This document shows positions 53,023-63,467 of a stretch of DNA of 64,000 nucleotides, piece by piece. The stretch is taken from the NCBI GenBank assembly GCA_030867685.1, contig JAQOWU010000001.1, positions 248,001 to 312,000 on the forward strand, read 5' to 3'. The position numbers and the translations under genes were made by a program. The DNA comes from Wickerhamiella versatilis. Its lineage: Eukaryota. How positions within the stretch are numbered: position 1 is the first letter of the stretch; each line of letters starts with the position of its first letter. The notes under the pieces were generated by a model, which had not been told where the DNA came from, made no database searches, and saw nothing but the letters and a program-made list of their open reading frames with translations.

Positions 53023-55320
53023 ATGCTCGCGCAATTATTATTCGTCTATTTGTTGGGCGGAGTTACTTTCTTACCATTTGTTGCATTCATTTTTTGGGTA
53101 TTAGCCCGCATCAATCGTCGGTCGTCAAAGCCTGCCCGGCCCCGTGTTCGTACCACCTGTCCCACCCCTGATACAACGTCAGAGGCTGAAGTTAGTGGCT
53201 GGCTAAGGTATTCACCGAAATATGTTAATTTTAAAGAGCCAGGTGAAGAGGATGATGCTCGTAAAACGTTGCAGAAGTTGGCCTCAGGCTCGGTTTCGGC
53301 GTCAAAGTCACTGGGAAGGCTTCAGAAATATTGGGTAGTCGTACGTGGTGGTCAGTTGCAACTCTATGAGAATGAAAATGAGAGTCAAATAGTGGATGTT
53401 TTGGCTTTATCTGATTTTGTTGTAATGCTCTGGCCACCTGCCCTTCAGGAGTTTGAACTATTCTATCGAAAATATCCGATCGCGCTGGTTTCGCGATCTG
53501 AGTTTCCTCTTGAAGAAGACTCAAGGCCTCCTTTAGAAGCATTCTGGTTCTACTGTGAGAATCCTGTGGTTAAGGAAGATATTTATTTGGGAATGATAAG
53601 AGAGTGTCGTGCCGCTGGAGCCAAGCCTGATCCGGCTCTGGGCGCCTGGGACCCCGTGGTGTTTGCACAACCACATTGTGCATCCCGTTCGGAGAACCGC
53701 GAGCTGCAGTCGCGTATTTGGACAACATCGGCGCCCAGGTCAACCCAGTGGCTAAATGCGTTGATAGGCCGCATCTTTCTAGGTGTGAAAGGATCCACGC
53801 TCGTTGAGCGTTACCTGCATAAAAAATTTGCATATAAGTTGCGATCAATTTCAGAGGGTTCATCGGTTATATCGGAGATTCAGGTGCTTAATGTTGATTG
53901 CGGTTCCTCAAGTCCTTTTATCAAGGGAGTAAGCCTAAGGGAGCTTACACCAGACGGGAATTTAGTGGTTGCCGTAGACGTTGAGTACAATGGTCGTTTC
54001 CGCGTGAACCTGGGGACTCAGGTATCTTTATGGGCGGCAGAAATCCCCATAGAACTTGCTGCAACACTTGCCTCATTAGAGGGTACACTTATCATCCGCA
54101 TAAAGCCACCCCCAACATCGCGAATTTGGTATGCCTTTGAAAAAATGCCCAGCCTGGACCTTCTTCTTGACCCTGTTGTGTACGACACCCAAATAAGTTA
54201 TGGAGTTGTCACTTCGTTTATCAAAAGCAAAATCATTGAGAGCATAAAGGAGACTATGGTAATGCCATTCATGGATGATGTTGCTTTCTACGATACATCT
54301 TTGTCTAATTATAGGGGTGGTATATGGAATCAGGCTGAAGAAACACAGGGTTATTCTCAAAAGGCTCGTCCAATTTTGAAGGAACCTTCCTCGACGCAGC
54401 TAGGGGTGTTGCAAAAACGCACTTCCAGTGTCTCTTCCACCTCACAACCACCTCCCCCGTCGCCCCCAGTGGCGGCTCTTCAGGCAGGGTCTTCATCACC
54501 GGAGTATAATTCCACCCTAAAAAAGGTGAGTCGATGGGTGCGGCGCAAGACGAGTACTCAAAGCCTTCGTTCAGTCCCATCTGGTAGTCCGGAAAAACCT
54601 TTTGACAAGCTTGACCGCCCGCTTCCTGCACCCCCGACTGTCACCACTCAAACTTCGAGGTCCACAGCCCGATTGTCGCCGAACTTTGCAGTCAGGCGAA
54701 AGCCGGTTCCATTACGTGAAGAATCCGAAAGCCCTACCCGCCGAAATACGAAGCGTCGCCCCGTGACTGGAACTCCTGGATCCGTGGATGGCGCTGTCAG
54801 GCGACAGTCTGAGATACCTTTATCATCATCCTCAGACGTGCCGCCAAGTCCAACTAGGTCATACTCCACACAGACTATACAACGCCAGTCCAACTATCCG
54901 CACACAGCGACAACTTCACAAAAGGCACAGCAGACACCTCAGTCTCCTCGTTCGTTGTCTACCTCGCAAAGCCAATTTAGCATCTCAGATGAGATTCCCG
55001 AGGAAGCCCCGCCATTACTGAACACAGCACCGGCTGTCCCTCAGTTCTCAGAACCATCTGTCTCGTCGGCACCACCATTGCCGAAACCCCAGACAGTTGC
55101 AGATGCGACTTCAACATCAGTTACAGCACCTGTGGAACCACATAACTGGCGAGGATCCCTGGAGGATGAATCGGGCGTATTACGGCGTACAGTGTCTCGT
55201 TCCACTGGATCCCCGGCAAGCTCTATATTATCGGATGTCCCGTCCTTGCCACCTCGTCGGAGAAAATACGTGGTGCTGGCGAATGTCGCTCCAGAACCAT
55301 CCTCCGAGCCGTCTCCCTAA
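53023..55320 (+). CDS. NVJ2: Nvj2: TM, PH and SMP domain lipid-transfer protein
   Basis: YLLGGVTFLP, WLNALIGRIFL, IKPPPTSRIWYAF, MVMPFMDD. Confidence 0.9.
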   Translation: MLAQLLFVYLLGGVTFLPFVAFIFWVLARINRRSSKPARPRVRTTCPTPDTTSEAEVSGWLRYSPKYVNFKEPGEEDDARKTLQKLASGSVSASKSLGRLQKYWVVVRGGQLQLYENENESQIVDVLALSDFVVMLWPPALQEFELFYRKYPIALVSRSEFPLEEDSRPPLEAFWFYCENPVVKEDIYLGMIRECRAAGAKPDPALGAWDPVVFAQPHCASRSENRELQSRIWTTSAPRSTQWLNALIGRIFLGVKGSTLVERYLHKKFAYKLRSISEGSSVISEIQVLNVDCGSSSPFIKGVSLRELTPDGNLVVAVDVEYNGRFRVNLGTQVSLWAAEIPIELAATLASLEGTLIIRIKPPPTSRIWYAFEKMPSLDLLLDPVVYDTQISYGVVTSFIKSKIIESIKETMVMPFMDDVAFYDTSLSNYRGGIWNQAEETQGYSQKARPILKEPSSTQLGVLQKRTSSVSSTSQPPPPSPPVAALQAGSSSPEYNSTLKKVSRWVRRKTSTQSLRSVPSGSPEKPFDKLDRPLPAPPTVTTQTSRSTARLSPNFAVRRKPVPLREESESPTRRNTKRRPVTGTPGSVDGAVRRQSEIPLSSSSDVPPSPTRSYSTQTIQRQSNYPHTATTSQKAQQTPQSPRSLSTSQSQFSISDEIPEEAPPLLNTAPAVPQFSEPSVSSAPPLPKPQTVADATSTSVTAPVEPHNWRGSLEDESGVLRRTVSRSTGSPASSILSDVPSLPPRRRKYVVLANVAPEPSSEPSP

Positions 55321-55517
55321 ACGATGTTTAATATATATATATATGTTATAATTACATGTATGGGTAGTTTTGTTTAATGAGAGAGTTATCTAATTCTACT
55401 AAAACATGATAAAGATAGCTAGAATGCCATTTCGAAGCATTGCGCGATATTTCAGCAAGGCAATTTTTTTGCCCCTAAGCGCGTCGTGGCGCATTAAGCT
55501 ACCATGACCAAACTAAC

Positions 55518-55847
55518 TTAAAATCCATGCATTTTAATGAGCTTACGGTCCATCTGGAGAGCCTGGGTGAGAAAGTCCAGCACCTTCTGGCGCTGGTCAC
55601 CCTGGAATTGCAAAATTTCACCCATCTCAGCGTCCTTATTGATGTGACCATTGCATCCAAAATCTTTTTTCAAAACTTTCAGGATTCGCTTCAGGTCGTA
55701 CTCAGTCGGAATACCTTGCACGGTTGTCATAGACTTTTTCCCCGTCCGCTGCTGGCAGCGGATGTGGATGTGATTGGCTATCTGTGTATCGTCGTCACCA
55801 GTGTCACTAAAAGGGTCGAAAGTCTTGAGATTGTCAATCGAGGCCAT
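55518..55847 (-). CDS. SUI1: Translation initiation factor eIF1
   Basis: NLKTFDPF, IHIR.QQR.GKK, LKKDFGCNG, QGDQR, HGF. Confidence 0.97.
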   Translation of the reverse strand: MASIDNLKTFDPFSDTGDDDTQIANHIHIRCQQRTGKKSMTTVQGIPTEYDLKRILKVLKKDFGCNGHINKDAEMGEILQFQGDQRQKVLDFLTQALQMDRKLIKMHGF

Positions 55848-55851
55848 GAAA

Positions 55852-55968
55852 CTTAGTGGCGTCGAGGTTCTTGAGGGGGTTGTGAAAGTTGTCAGACGAA
55901 AACTCCCTCTGTAGTGGGAAATTGCTAATCATTACCCCTAACCCAAACTTCCCAAGCGCTAGACATAC
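55852..55968 (-). other. Putative 5'-UTR intron of SUI1
   Basis: GTATGT donor 55963-55968, TCTGAC branch 55891-55896, AAG acceptor 4 nt before ATG. Confidence 0.55.
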
Positions 55969-56322
55969 TGAGAAAAATAAACGACATATCCCGTAATCTC
56001 AAGTAACTTATTTTTTAGTGCTTAACATATTATCGTGCGACCTGGTTCCATCAATGCCTATATGTACAAGGTTCGTACATTTACATCACTTATTTGATAA
56101 CACAGTTCATGCCGAAACTTTGTTTAAATTTCTTTTAACTACAGCCTACCCTCTTCTTTCATTAGAGGAATTTCTCGGTTTTTGGCTTAATATAGAGAGG
56201 CCATTGGCGTTGAGGCCGAGGAGGCTGAGGTCAATCAGAGCACTCATTTAGATTACATAATCTCTCCATAGTTCCGACTTGCTGTCGTTGCATCTCCAGA
56301 AGGTAGTAATACAGCGGGGGAA

Positions 56323-59316
56323 ATGAATTTGCTTCGAGGAGATCCAGATGTAGAAACCTCCATTAGGAAGGCGACCTCGCCCGAAGAGGTAGCTCCTAAG
56401 CGTAAGCATGTACGGGCGTGCGTTGTGTATACCTGGGATCACAAGAGTGCCCGTGAATTTTGGAACGCTGTTCGGTTGTTGCCATTATCTGACGAGGTGC
56501 AGACGTTCAAGATGCTTATCACGATTCATAAAGTGATTCAGGAGGGCCATGCCAGTGTTTTAAGAGATGCACAGCATCAGGTTAATTGGCTTCAATCGAT
56601 TCAGCGAAACCAGTCCCATCGCAGTAATTATGGACGTCTTATAGATGAATATGTCCGTCTTCTGCTTCATAAGCTAGAGTTCCATCGGCTCCATCATGGT
56701 TTCAATGGAACTTTTGAATATGAGGAATATATCTCATTGCGCACCATTGACGATCCAAATGAAGGATATGAATCAATCATAGATCTTATGAATTTGCAGG
56801 ATGCAATTGAGGACTTTCAAAGACTAGTATTTGCTTCATTGCGGGGTCGTCATGGCAATGAGTGTCGTATCTCTTCACTGACTGCCATGGTCACAGAGTC
56901 TTATGGCATATATAGGTTCATGACATCCATGCTGCGTGCCATGCATCAGACTGCAGGGGATACTGAAGCTATGGAGCCCCTGCGACAGCGCTACGCATCT
57001 CAGCACAAGCGGTTGAGAAATTTCTATTTCGATTGCACCACGTTGAAGTATCTTACAAGCCTTATCACTATTCCAGAGCTTAGTGAAGAGCCACCCAACT
57101 TGTTTGATGAAACCAAGGGTCCCTCGCTTCCTCCGAGACCCCGAGAGAGATTAAGTTCGCAGGTAACTGGAGCCACAACTGCCACCTCCGACACAGCACC
57201 AATGCCTATTAATCCGGAACCTACTGGTGGCTGGTGGGCACAAAACAATGCATTGGAGCAACAGCAGCAGCAGTTTGCTGAGCAACAGCGCCAGTTGGAG
57301 GCTCAGGCAGCCCAGCAGGAAATGCTTCGCCAGCAGGCTCAGGCAGAATTCGAGGCAGAGCAACAACGCCTGGCGGCAGAGCAGCAGGCAGCAGCACAAA
57401 TGCAGGCCCAGCAATTCGCTCAGCAGCAGTACCAGGGACATGCAAGTGCGCTGGAAAGTGAACTTTTTAATGCGCGCCAGCAGCAGCAAGAGGCCCAGAA
57501 TATGCTACAGCAATATGATCTTCGTATGCAATCACTGGAAAATGAATTTGGCCAGGCGCAGAGTCTGAGCCAGCAACAAATAGATGCACAAGCATCGCAA
57601 ATCGCAAGCCTTCAGGAGCAGGTAGACTCGTGGAAGGCCAAGTATGAGGCTTTGGCTAAGCTATACTCTCAATTGCGTCAAGAGCACTTGGATCTTATTG
57701 CGAAAACCAGGAAGCTGCAAGCTAAAGTGGCTTCGGCACAGGAATCTGTTGACAAGCGTGAGAAACTCGAGCGCGATCTCAAGTCAAAAAATCTGGAATT
57801 GGCCGATCTCATTCGTGAGCGCGACCGTGCTCGTTACGAGTTAGATCGCGCACGTGGTGCTCACGCATCAGAACTGGAAAAGGTTGAGCGGGAGTTGAAT
57901 CTAGTTAAAGATAAAGGTCGCACCAGGGATGATGCTATAGCCGAGCTATCAGCAAGCCATGCGCGGCAGCTGGAAAATCTCCGCAGCCAAGTGGATCCGC
58001 GGGCGTTGCAAGAAAAGGATGACGAGATTGAGGTCCTCAAAGAAACAGCAAAGGAAATGGAAAATGCCTTGAAGGAATTGTCATTGTCGTCCAAATCGTC
58101 TAAGTCCTCCAATGTTCTTGATGCAATTCTATTATCCGCTGCTGATCGTATTCAGCAGGCACTTACTTCCTTTGACTCACCATTGGATGGCGGTAATACA
58201 CATGCCACTGCGCAGGCTGTACTAGGCATGACCGAAAAGTCAGGTTCAAATACGTCCGACTTCTCCGATACTTTCACTGATTATATTGCTGCTGGTGAAG
58301 ACGGTGAACCTGTTCCGATTATCAATGCAGTCACAACTCTAAGTAACTCATTTGCAGACCTGTTAACCGAGAGTAAGGGACTTGCACTGTTGCAAGCCGA
58401 TTCTAATGTAACTGAAAATATTTTGAGCCCAACACGTGATGCAGCTGTATCTCTTTGCGCGTTCTATTCATCCCTGCATAGTGATTTGCTCTCAGACCTC
58501 ACTACCGATGACATTATCGAGCTCATTATTACGTCCCACCTTGATATACAGCAAAAACTTCACGAGTTGTCCACAGCAGCTGAAGCAGTAATGCCAAAAG
58601 GTGTACTTTCTAATGGTAGCTATGATGCGCAGGTCAGTGATGCAATGTCGAATCTTGCTTCCACAGTGGCAGATGCTAACTCTCGACTAACAGCGTTGCT
58701 TGCAGATCCTCGGATTACACGTTATGATAAGTCAGTAAACGAGGCAATCGTAGGAGCTGCAGTAGTTTTGACCACTGCAATCGCCGAACTTATCAGGGCC
58801 TCAGCTGCATGCCAACGCGAGATTGTTTCGAAGGGGCGTGGTGGTCAATCCGCTGAAACTTATTACAAAAAAAATCATCGCTGGACCCAGGGTCTAGTCT
58901 CTGCAGTACGCATGGTTGCAGGTGCAACAAACTTCTTAATTGAAACTGCAGATAGTACACTTAGTGGCAGCTCCACCCCTGAAGAACTTATCGTCTCGGC
59001 GCGTGAAGTTGCTGCGTCCACCACTCAACTTACTATGGCCTCAAGAGTAAAGGTGGACTATCTTTCGAAGAACCAGGACGATATGGATACTGCATCCAAA
59101 CACGTACTGAGTGCCGTTCGTGACTTAACCCACCGTGTAGAGACTATCCTTGCGAAGGCTCATAAACCAGCTGAGCCTGTTATTGATGTCTCCAGCCTGT
59201 CCCCTATGGAATTCAAGAAGGCTTCAATGGAACAACAGGTAGAAGTACTTAAACTTGAGAATGACCTTCAACAGGCGCGGGTGCGTCTTGCCGAGATGCG
59301 CCAGTATGAAATATGA
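56323..59316 (+). CDS. SLA2: Sla2/End4 (ANTH, coiled coil, I/LWEQ)
   Basis: APKRKHVRACVVYTWDH, YKKNHRWTQGL, MEQQVEVLKLE. Confidence 0.97.
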   Translation: MNLLRGDPDVETSIRKATSPEEVAPKRKHVRACVVYTWDHKSAREFWNAVRLLPLSDEVQTFKMLITIHKVIQEGHASVLRDAQHQVNWLQSIQRNQSHRSNYGRLIDEYVRLLLHKLEFHRLHHGFNGTFEYEEYISLRTIDDPNEGYESIIDLMNLQDAIEDFQRLVFASLRGRHGNECRISSLTAMVTESYGIYRFMTSMLRAMHQTAGDTEAMEPLRQRYASQHKRLRNFYFDCTTLKYLTSLITIPELSEEPPNLFDETKGPSLPPRPRERLSSQVTGATTATSDTAPMPINPEPTGGWWAQNNALEQQQQQFAEQQRQLEAQAAQQEMLRQQAQAEFEAEQQRLAAEQQAAAQMQAQQFAQQQYQGHASALESELFNARQQQQEAQNMLQQYDLRMQSLENEFGQAQSLSQQQIDAQASQIASLQEQVDSWKAKYEALAKLYSQLRQEHLDLIAKTRKLQAKVASAQESVDKREKLERDLKSKNLELADLIRERDRARYELDRARGAHASELEKVERELNLVKDKGRTRDDAIAELSASHARQLENLRSQVDPRALQEKDDEIEVLKETAKEMENALKELSLSSKSSKSSNVLDAILLSAADRIQQALTSFDSPLDGGNTHATAQAVLGMTEKSGSNTSDFSDTFTDYIAAGEDGEPVPIINAVTTLSNSFADLLTESKGLALLQADSNVTENILSPTRDAAVSLCAFYSSLHSDLLSDLTTDDIIELIITSHLDIQQKLHELSTAAEAVMPKGVLSNGSYDAQVSDAMSNLASTVADANSRLTALLADPRITRYDKSVNEAIVGAAVVLTTAIAELIRASAACQREIVSKGRGGQSAETYYKKNHRWTQGLVSAVRMVAGATNFLIETADSTLSGSSTPEELIVSAREVAASTTQLTMASRVKVDYLSKNQDDMDTASKHVLSAVRDLTHRVETILAKAHKPAEPVIDVSSLSPMEFKKASMEQQVEVLKLENDLQQARVRLAEMRQYEI

Positions 59317-59394
59317 TATTATCTGTTATTTTTATGCTAGATCAAATACAAAATAACGTATTAAAATTTACTGTTTCACGTGAAATTCATGGAA

Positions 59395-59886
59395 CTAGCT
59401 AGACAAACCAAAATTAACGAAGCTTCCAGCTCCATTTTTGGGAACCATTTGCAACCAGGCAAGGAAGCTCGTGGTGCGCTGAAATAGACCATAGTTTACA
59501 GCATAGCACTCCCAGACGTTCTTATGGGGACAGTAAGACCATGCGATACTGGCCAGCTTTTCAGCTTCAGGTAGTGAAATACCCCGCCAATGGGTTGACC
59601 ACATGTATAGCATATACGCTCTGTACCCTGAGATATTTCGATTACGATGCACTGGAAAATCTGGAGCACGCAAGGTGGCGACAAATTTACCTTGAGAGAC
59701 TGCAATGGCCAATGCCTCTTTAGCAAGATTGTGCAAAACCTGAGCGTATGTACTGTCAGGAATGGGTATATCCGGGACACACTCATTTACAGGGGCGAAC
59801 CGTTTGGAGCTCCGATGTTTTACAGATCGGCGTTTTTGAATTCCTTGCTTTTCGGATGGATAATTATACCGAATGAAATAAGTCAT
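59395..59886 (-). CDS. MATalpha1: Mating-type protein alpha1 (alpha-box)
   Basis: ISGYRAYMLY...LASIAW...VWECYAVNY...FLAWL matches the alpha-box W/W/A..Y/F..WL pattern; convergent with SLA2. Confidence 0.8.
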   Translation of the reverse strand: MTYFIRYNYPSEKQGIQKRRSVKHRSSKRFAPVNECVPDIPIPDSTYAQVLHNLAKEALAIAVSQGKFVATLRAPDFPVHRNRNISGYRAYMLYMWSTHWRGISLPEAEKLASIAWSYCPHKNVWECYAVNYGLFQRTTSFLAWLQMVPKNGAGSFVNFGLSS

Positions 59887-59933
59887 TAGATAGATAGTGT
59901 TGAACAAGTACCACCAGATTAATAATGCGATAA

Positions 59934-61190
59934 CTACATTTCACTTTCGGAGATATCTTCACTGTTAGAGCCCATACTTTCTTCGGGCAAGCTGGAATCA
60001 TTCAATGAACCTGAATTGGAAACAATTGAAGATATTACTCGAGTTTCTAATGGTGCACATCCATCACGAGCTGCCACGAGCATTGCCCTCATAACCCTAC
60101 GGATAATTCGCATGGTCACGGGAGGATACCAACCATCATGTGAATCTACCTCGGTTCGAAGGTCTTTTTGATAAATATATTCTTTAAGAAATGGTTCTGT
60201 CACATCACAGAGTTGCAACATCCGAGTTGCAGGAAGAATCTTACCATCGAACTGGTATGTATTAGCAGCTGGCCTGTTGTCCTCAGGTAGAATTCTAAAG
60301 TGTTCAACTTGATAGACGGCAAAATCACTACTTTGTCTTGGATTTTTACCGTATGCGAAATACGAACCTCTCCAAGGTCCGCTGCGATAGAAGTACGCAA
60401 CGTATGGCAAAGCGTATCTTAAATAGCGCTTCATTTGTTCAGGAATTAAGCTATCAATCACGCGCCGTGTGTAACAAGGTCGTGCCTCAAACAGACGATG
60501 TAATTCATCTATACACGAAGAGACACCTGGTCTCGGATGAGGGTCCACGCCTTCTGGAGGCCCACTCGGAATAGGATCTCCCCATGCAAGAATATGAGAA
60601 ACAAGCTTGAATGTCGCATTCTTGTTTACTAGCTTTGTGGTACCATCACCTTCCTCGACAACAGAAATTAGTGGGTTTTGTTTGTAGTTGTAAAAAAATG
60701 GCTGAGGCTGTTGTGAGAATCTTACAGGAGGAAATACCCGGGGACTCTCTGGCAGAGGAAAATCATGCGCTGCAAACTGCTCAATTTTCTCTTGGTCGAG
60801 TGCGAAAAGTGAGGTTTTCACATAATCAGCAAATTTCAGATCGCCAGTGTAATATTGGAAATCCGCCATTTCTCGCCATCGTAATTGTGGGTGTCCAATC
60901 AATTTGGGAACTATCTTAGCTTGACCAGCAGCTATGGCAGCACGAACATTACCCGAGAAAATAACAGGGATTTCGACTTCCAGAACCACAGAGCAGCTTG
61001 GTGCACGACGCGAGTTTACTGGGTGATGAAACGGATCCTCTCGAAGCCTCAGTTCTAGATTTTTGGAAGGATCTGAAGCTACCGCTGCTATAGCTGAAGG
61101 ACCTCCTACCATAGGAATGGTCTTCTCAGGGTGCCGGACCCGTAGTGGAAGTTCCAATGTTACGGCAGTAGGAAGCTGTTGAAGGTCCAT
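59934..61190 (-). CDS. TFC1: TFIIIC subunit tau95 (Tfc1/Sfc1)
   Basis: LELP..V, LELRLREDPFHHP, WREMADFQY, LFEARP, SGPWR, DGWY. Confidence 0.9.
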   Translation of the reverse strand: MDLQQLPTAVTLELPLRVRHPEKTIPMVGGPSAIAAVASDPSKNLELRLREDPFHHPVNSRRAPSCSVVLEVEIPVIFSGNVRAAIAAGQAKIVPKLIGHPQLRWREMADFQYYTGDLKFADYVKTSLFALDQEKIEQFAAHDFPLPESPRVFPPVRFSQQPQPFFYNYKQNPLISVVEEGDGTTKLVNKNATFKLVSHILAWGDPIPSGPPEGVDPHPRPGVSSCIDELHRLFEARPCYTRRVIDSLIPEQMKRYLRYALPYVAYFYRSGPWRGSYFAYGKNPRQSSDFAVYQVEHFRILPEDNRPAANTYQFDGKILPATRMLQLCDVTEPFLKEYIYQKDLRTEVDSHDGWYPPVTMRIIRRVMRAMLVAARDGCAPLETRVISSIVSNSGSLNDSSLPEESMGSNSEDISESEM

Positions 61191-61373
61191 ATCCTCCTTA
61201 GTAAACACACTGATGAGCTTAGATATAAGCATTGACGACAATGTGTGCTTTTGATCCCATTGAAACCGTAATTTGGATAAAATTTACTGCCACGGCCTCC
61301 ATTTGCCATCATTTATACTAACTGTGAAGCATATAGATAGAGTTTCAAAGGTATCGTAAGCTCAGTCAGCAGG

Positions 61374-61946
61374 ATGCCTCGAGCTGTGGTATATCTGAGA
61401 GTGCCACAGCCTCGTAACGGACGAAGGAATCCACCTGTGGTTCAATGGAGCACTGCGAAGGAACGTGAGCTCTGGTCTTTGCTTGGCACCTCGTCCGATG
61501 TTGATTGGAGGTCGCTTGCGAGCCATTTTGGTGTGTCAGTCATTTATCTCCTGCAACAGGCTGCGTGGCTATATGAGAAGGAGCTCAAGCTATTAAGACA
61601 AAAAATGTCGCAAATAAACGTATCTCATGACATTGAGGATCCATCACAGCGGCAATCCCCGACATCTTTACAGGATTCCGGACACTCGCGTCACGTGGCT
61701 AGTTTGGGATCAAGCTCATCTCAGTCCCATGGACGTCGTTTGCTCAGTGCCTCCAGACAACTTGATTCTGATGAATCACTATCGTCAGTTAGTATGCAGA
61801 GCTCTTTTGAGGGATTCCTTCCCCAACAATGGACAACTACCAACCGGTCAGACATTGGTAATGACGCAGGATTGAGCACGTCTTCTGTAACTGATAATAG
61901 TGTGACCCAGTCAGCACTAGAGGAAGCATTGCTGGATCAGCAGTAG
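61374..61946 (+). CDS. ATG29: Autophagy protein Atg29
   Basis: VYLRVP.PR, W...KERELW, LLQQAAWLYE, SVTQSALEEAL. Confidence 0.9.
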   Translation: MPRAVVYLRVPQPRNGRRNPPVVQWSTAKERELWSLLGTSSDVDWRSLASHFGVSVIYLLQQAAWLYEKELKLLRQKMSQINVSHDIEDPSQRQSPTSLQDSGHSRHVASLGSSSSQSHGRRLLSASRQLDSDESLSSVSMQSSFEGFLPQQWTTTNRSDIGNDAGLSTSSVTDNSVTQSALEEALLDQQ

Positions 61947-62176
61947 CAGTAGCAGTACTTCATTATTTATTCCTTTTTTTGGGCTATTTAGCGAGAAGAT
62001 CATTATATAGATAGCATTCACTATGCAGCAACAGCATAGAAAATGTGGTTGAATACTATAAATCTGGCTAATTTTTAATGCCCTGGCTTGCGGCAATGAG
62101 ATATCCCTATCTTAGACGCGGAACGCGGATTAAAACTCGGTAACACGTATTTGTAATAGATCACCCATCCTTGGCT

Positions 62177-63442
62177 ATGCGTACCTGCTCCTTGGTTACC
62201 GTTCTACTTGCCACTCTAGGAGCAGCATCAGTCGATGCGACAGCTTTGGATAACGAGGGTTCGCACAAGGCTCTGAAGTTGAGTCCTAAGGACAAAACAT
62301 CTCGGGGAGATGGCTCTCTTGACGCTACTGATAAGTTTCAGGCGCCAAAGAAAGCTCCTGTAGGAACCCCTGAGGACCAAGTAATGCCGGTTGGAGATGG
62401 AGACAATAGAAAAGGCAGTGTTTTGCTCGACGACTATGATCCCACGCGGCTCGGCGTTTCTGCTGCTGAGGCTGAGGCTGAAAAAGGAAAATATGATAAT
62501 ACACCAGCGAGTCCTCAAAGTAGTGGGAAACCAGTAGCAGCAACAAATGATGACAATCCGGCAGCCAAGGCAAAGGGTGAACTGGCTTCTGGAAAAGGGG
62601 GAGGCGGAACAGGTGGGGTCGGTGCAACTGCGGGTACGGGAAGTGGTCCAGCAATCGACCCTAATGCAGAAATGACTCCGAGGGACAAAACTCATACTTC
62701 AGAGAGTCCCACTATAGCTACTGAAAAAACTAATACAAATCTTGAGCACAGTATGAGTCGTATGTTTGGTGTTACTATGATGATCGTGATGAGTGAAATA
62801 TTCGACAAGACGTTTTTCATAGCTGCATTGATGGCTATGCGTAACTCTCCTCTCTTTGTTTTTAGTGCCAGTTTTGCCTCATTGGGACTGATGCATACAT
62901 TGTCGACTTTCCTAGGAATGGTGCTTCCTCAGGTACTATCGCCCAAGGTCACTATGCTTCTTGCAGCACTGCTATTCTTCGTTTTCGGGTTGAAGCTGCT
63001 AAAAGATGCGTGGGACATGAACCCCCGCGAGGCTGCGTCGGAAGAGATGCGTGAAGTTGAACAGGAGATCGAGCTTCGAGAGTCTAATCGCGCGACCGAG
63101 CGAGCAGAGACCCAGTCGCATGAAACTAGTCGATTTGCTGGCATCACTAACTTACTTTCTCTTGTTTTCTCGCCACTGTGGATCCAGATTTTCGTGATGA
63201 ACTTTCTTGCTGAATGGGGAGATAGATCTCAAATTGCAACTATCGCCTTGGGGGCCAGTACACACTATATAGATGTTCTGATTGGCGGCCTATTGGGACA
63301 TGGCCTTTGTACCGCATTTGCAATTGCTGGAGGCAGGCTTCTCGCATCTAGCCTGTCAACACGCACCATCACATTTGGTGGCGCATTCTGTTTCTTGTTA
63401 TTCGCCTGCATATATTTTGTTGACTGGAAGAGAGAGGTTTGA
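62177..63442 (+). CDS. GDT1: Gdt1/TMEM165 (UPF0016) Ca2+/Mn2+ exchanger
   Basis: SEIFDKTF and AEWGDRSQ motifs; signal peptide. Confidence 0.93.
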   Translation: MRTCSLVTVLLATLGAASVDATALDNEGSHKALKLSPKDKTSRGDGSLDATDKFQAPKKAPVGTPEDQVMPVGDGDNRKGSVLLDDYDPTRLGVSAAEAEAEKGKYDNTPASPQSSGKPVAATNDDNPAAKAKGELASGKGGGGTGGVGATAGTGSGPAIDPNAEMTPRDKTHTSESPTIATEKTNTNLEHSMSRMFGVTMMIVMSEIFDKTFFIAALMAMRNSPLFVFSASFASLGLMHTLSTFLGMVLPQVLSPKVTMLLAALLFFVFGLKLLKDAWDMNPREAASEEMREVEQEIELRESNRATERAETQSHETSRFAGITNLLSLVFSPLWIQIFVMNFLAEWGDRSQIATIALGASTHYIDVLIGGLLGHGLCTAFAIAGGRLLASSLSTRTITFGGAFCFLLFACIYFVDWKREV

Positions 63443-63467
63443 AATATGTATCTGTCTTAACACTATA

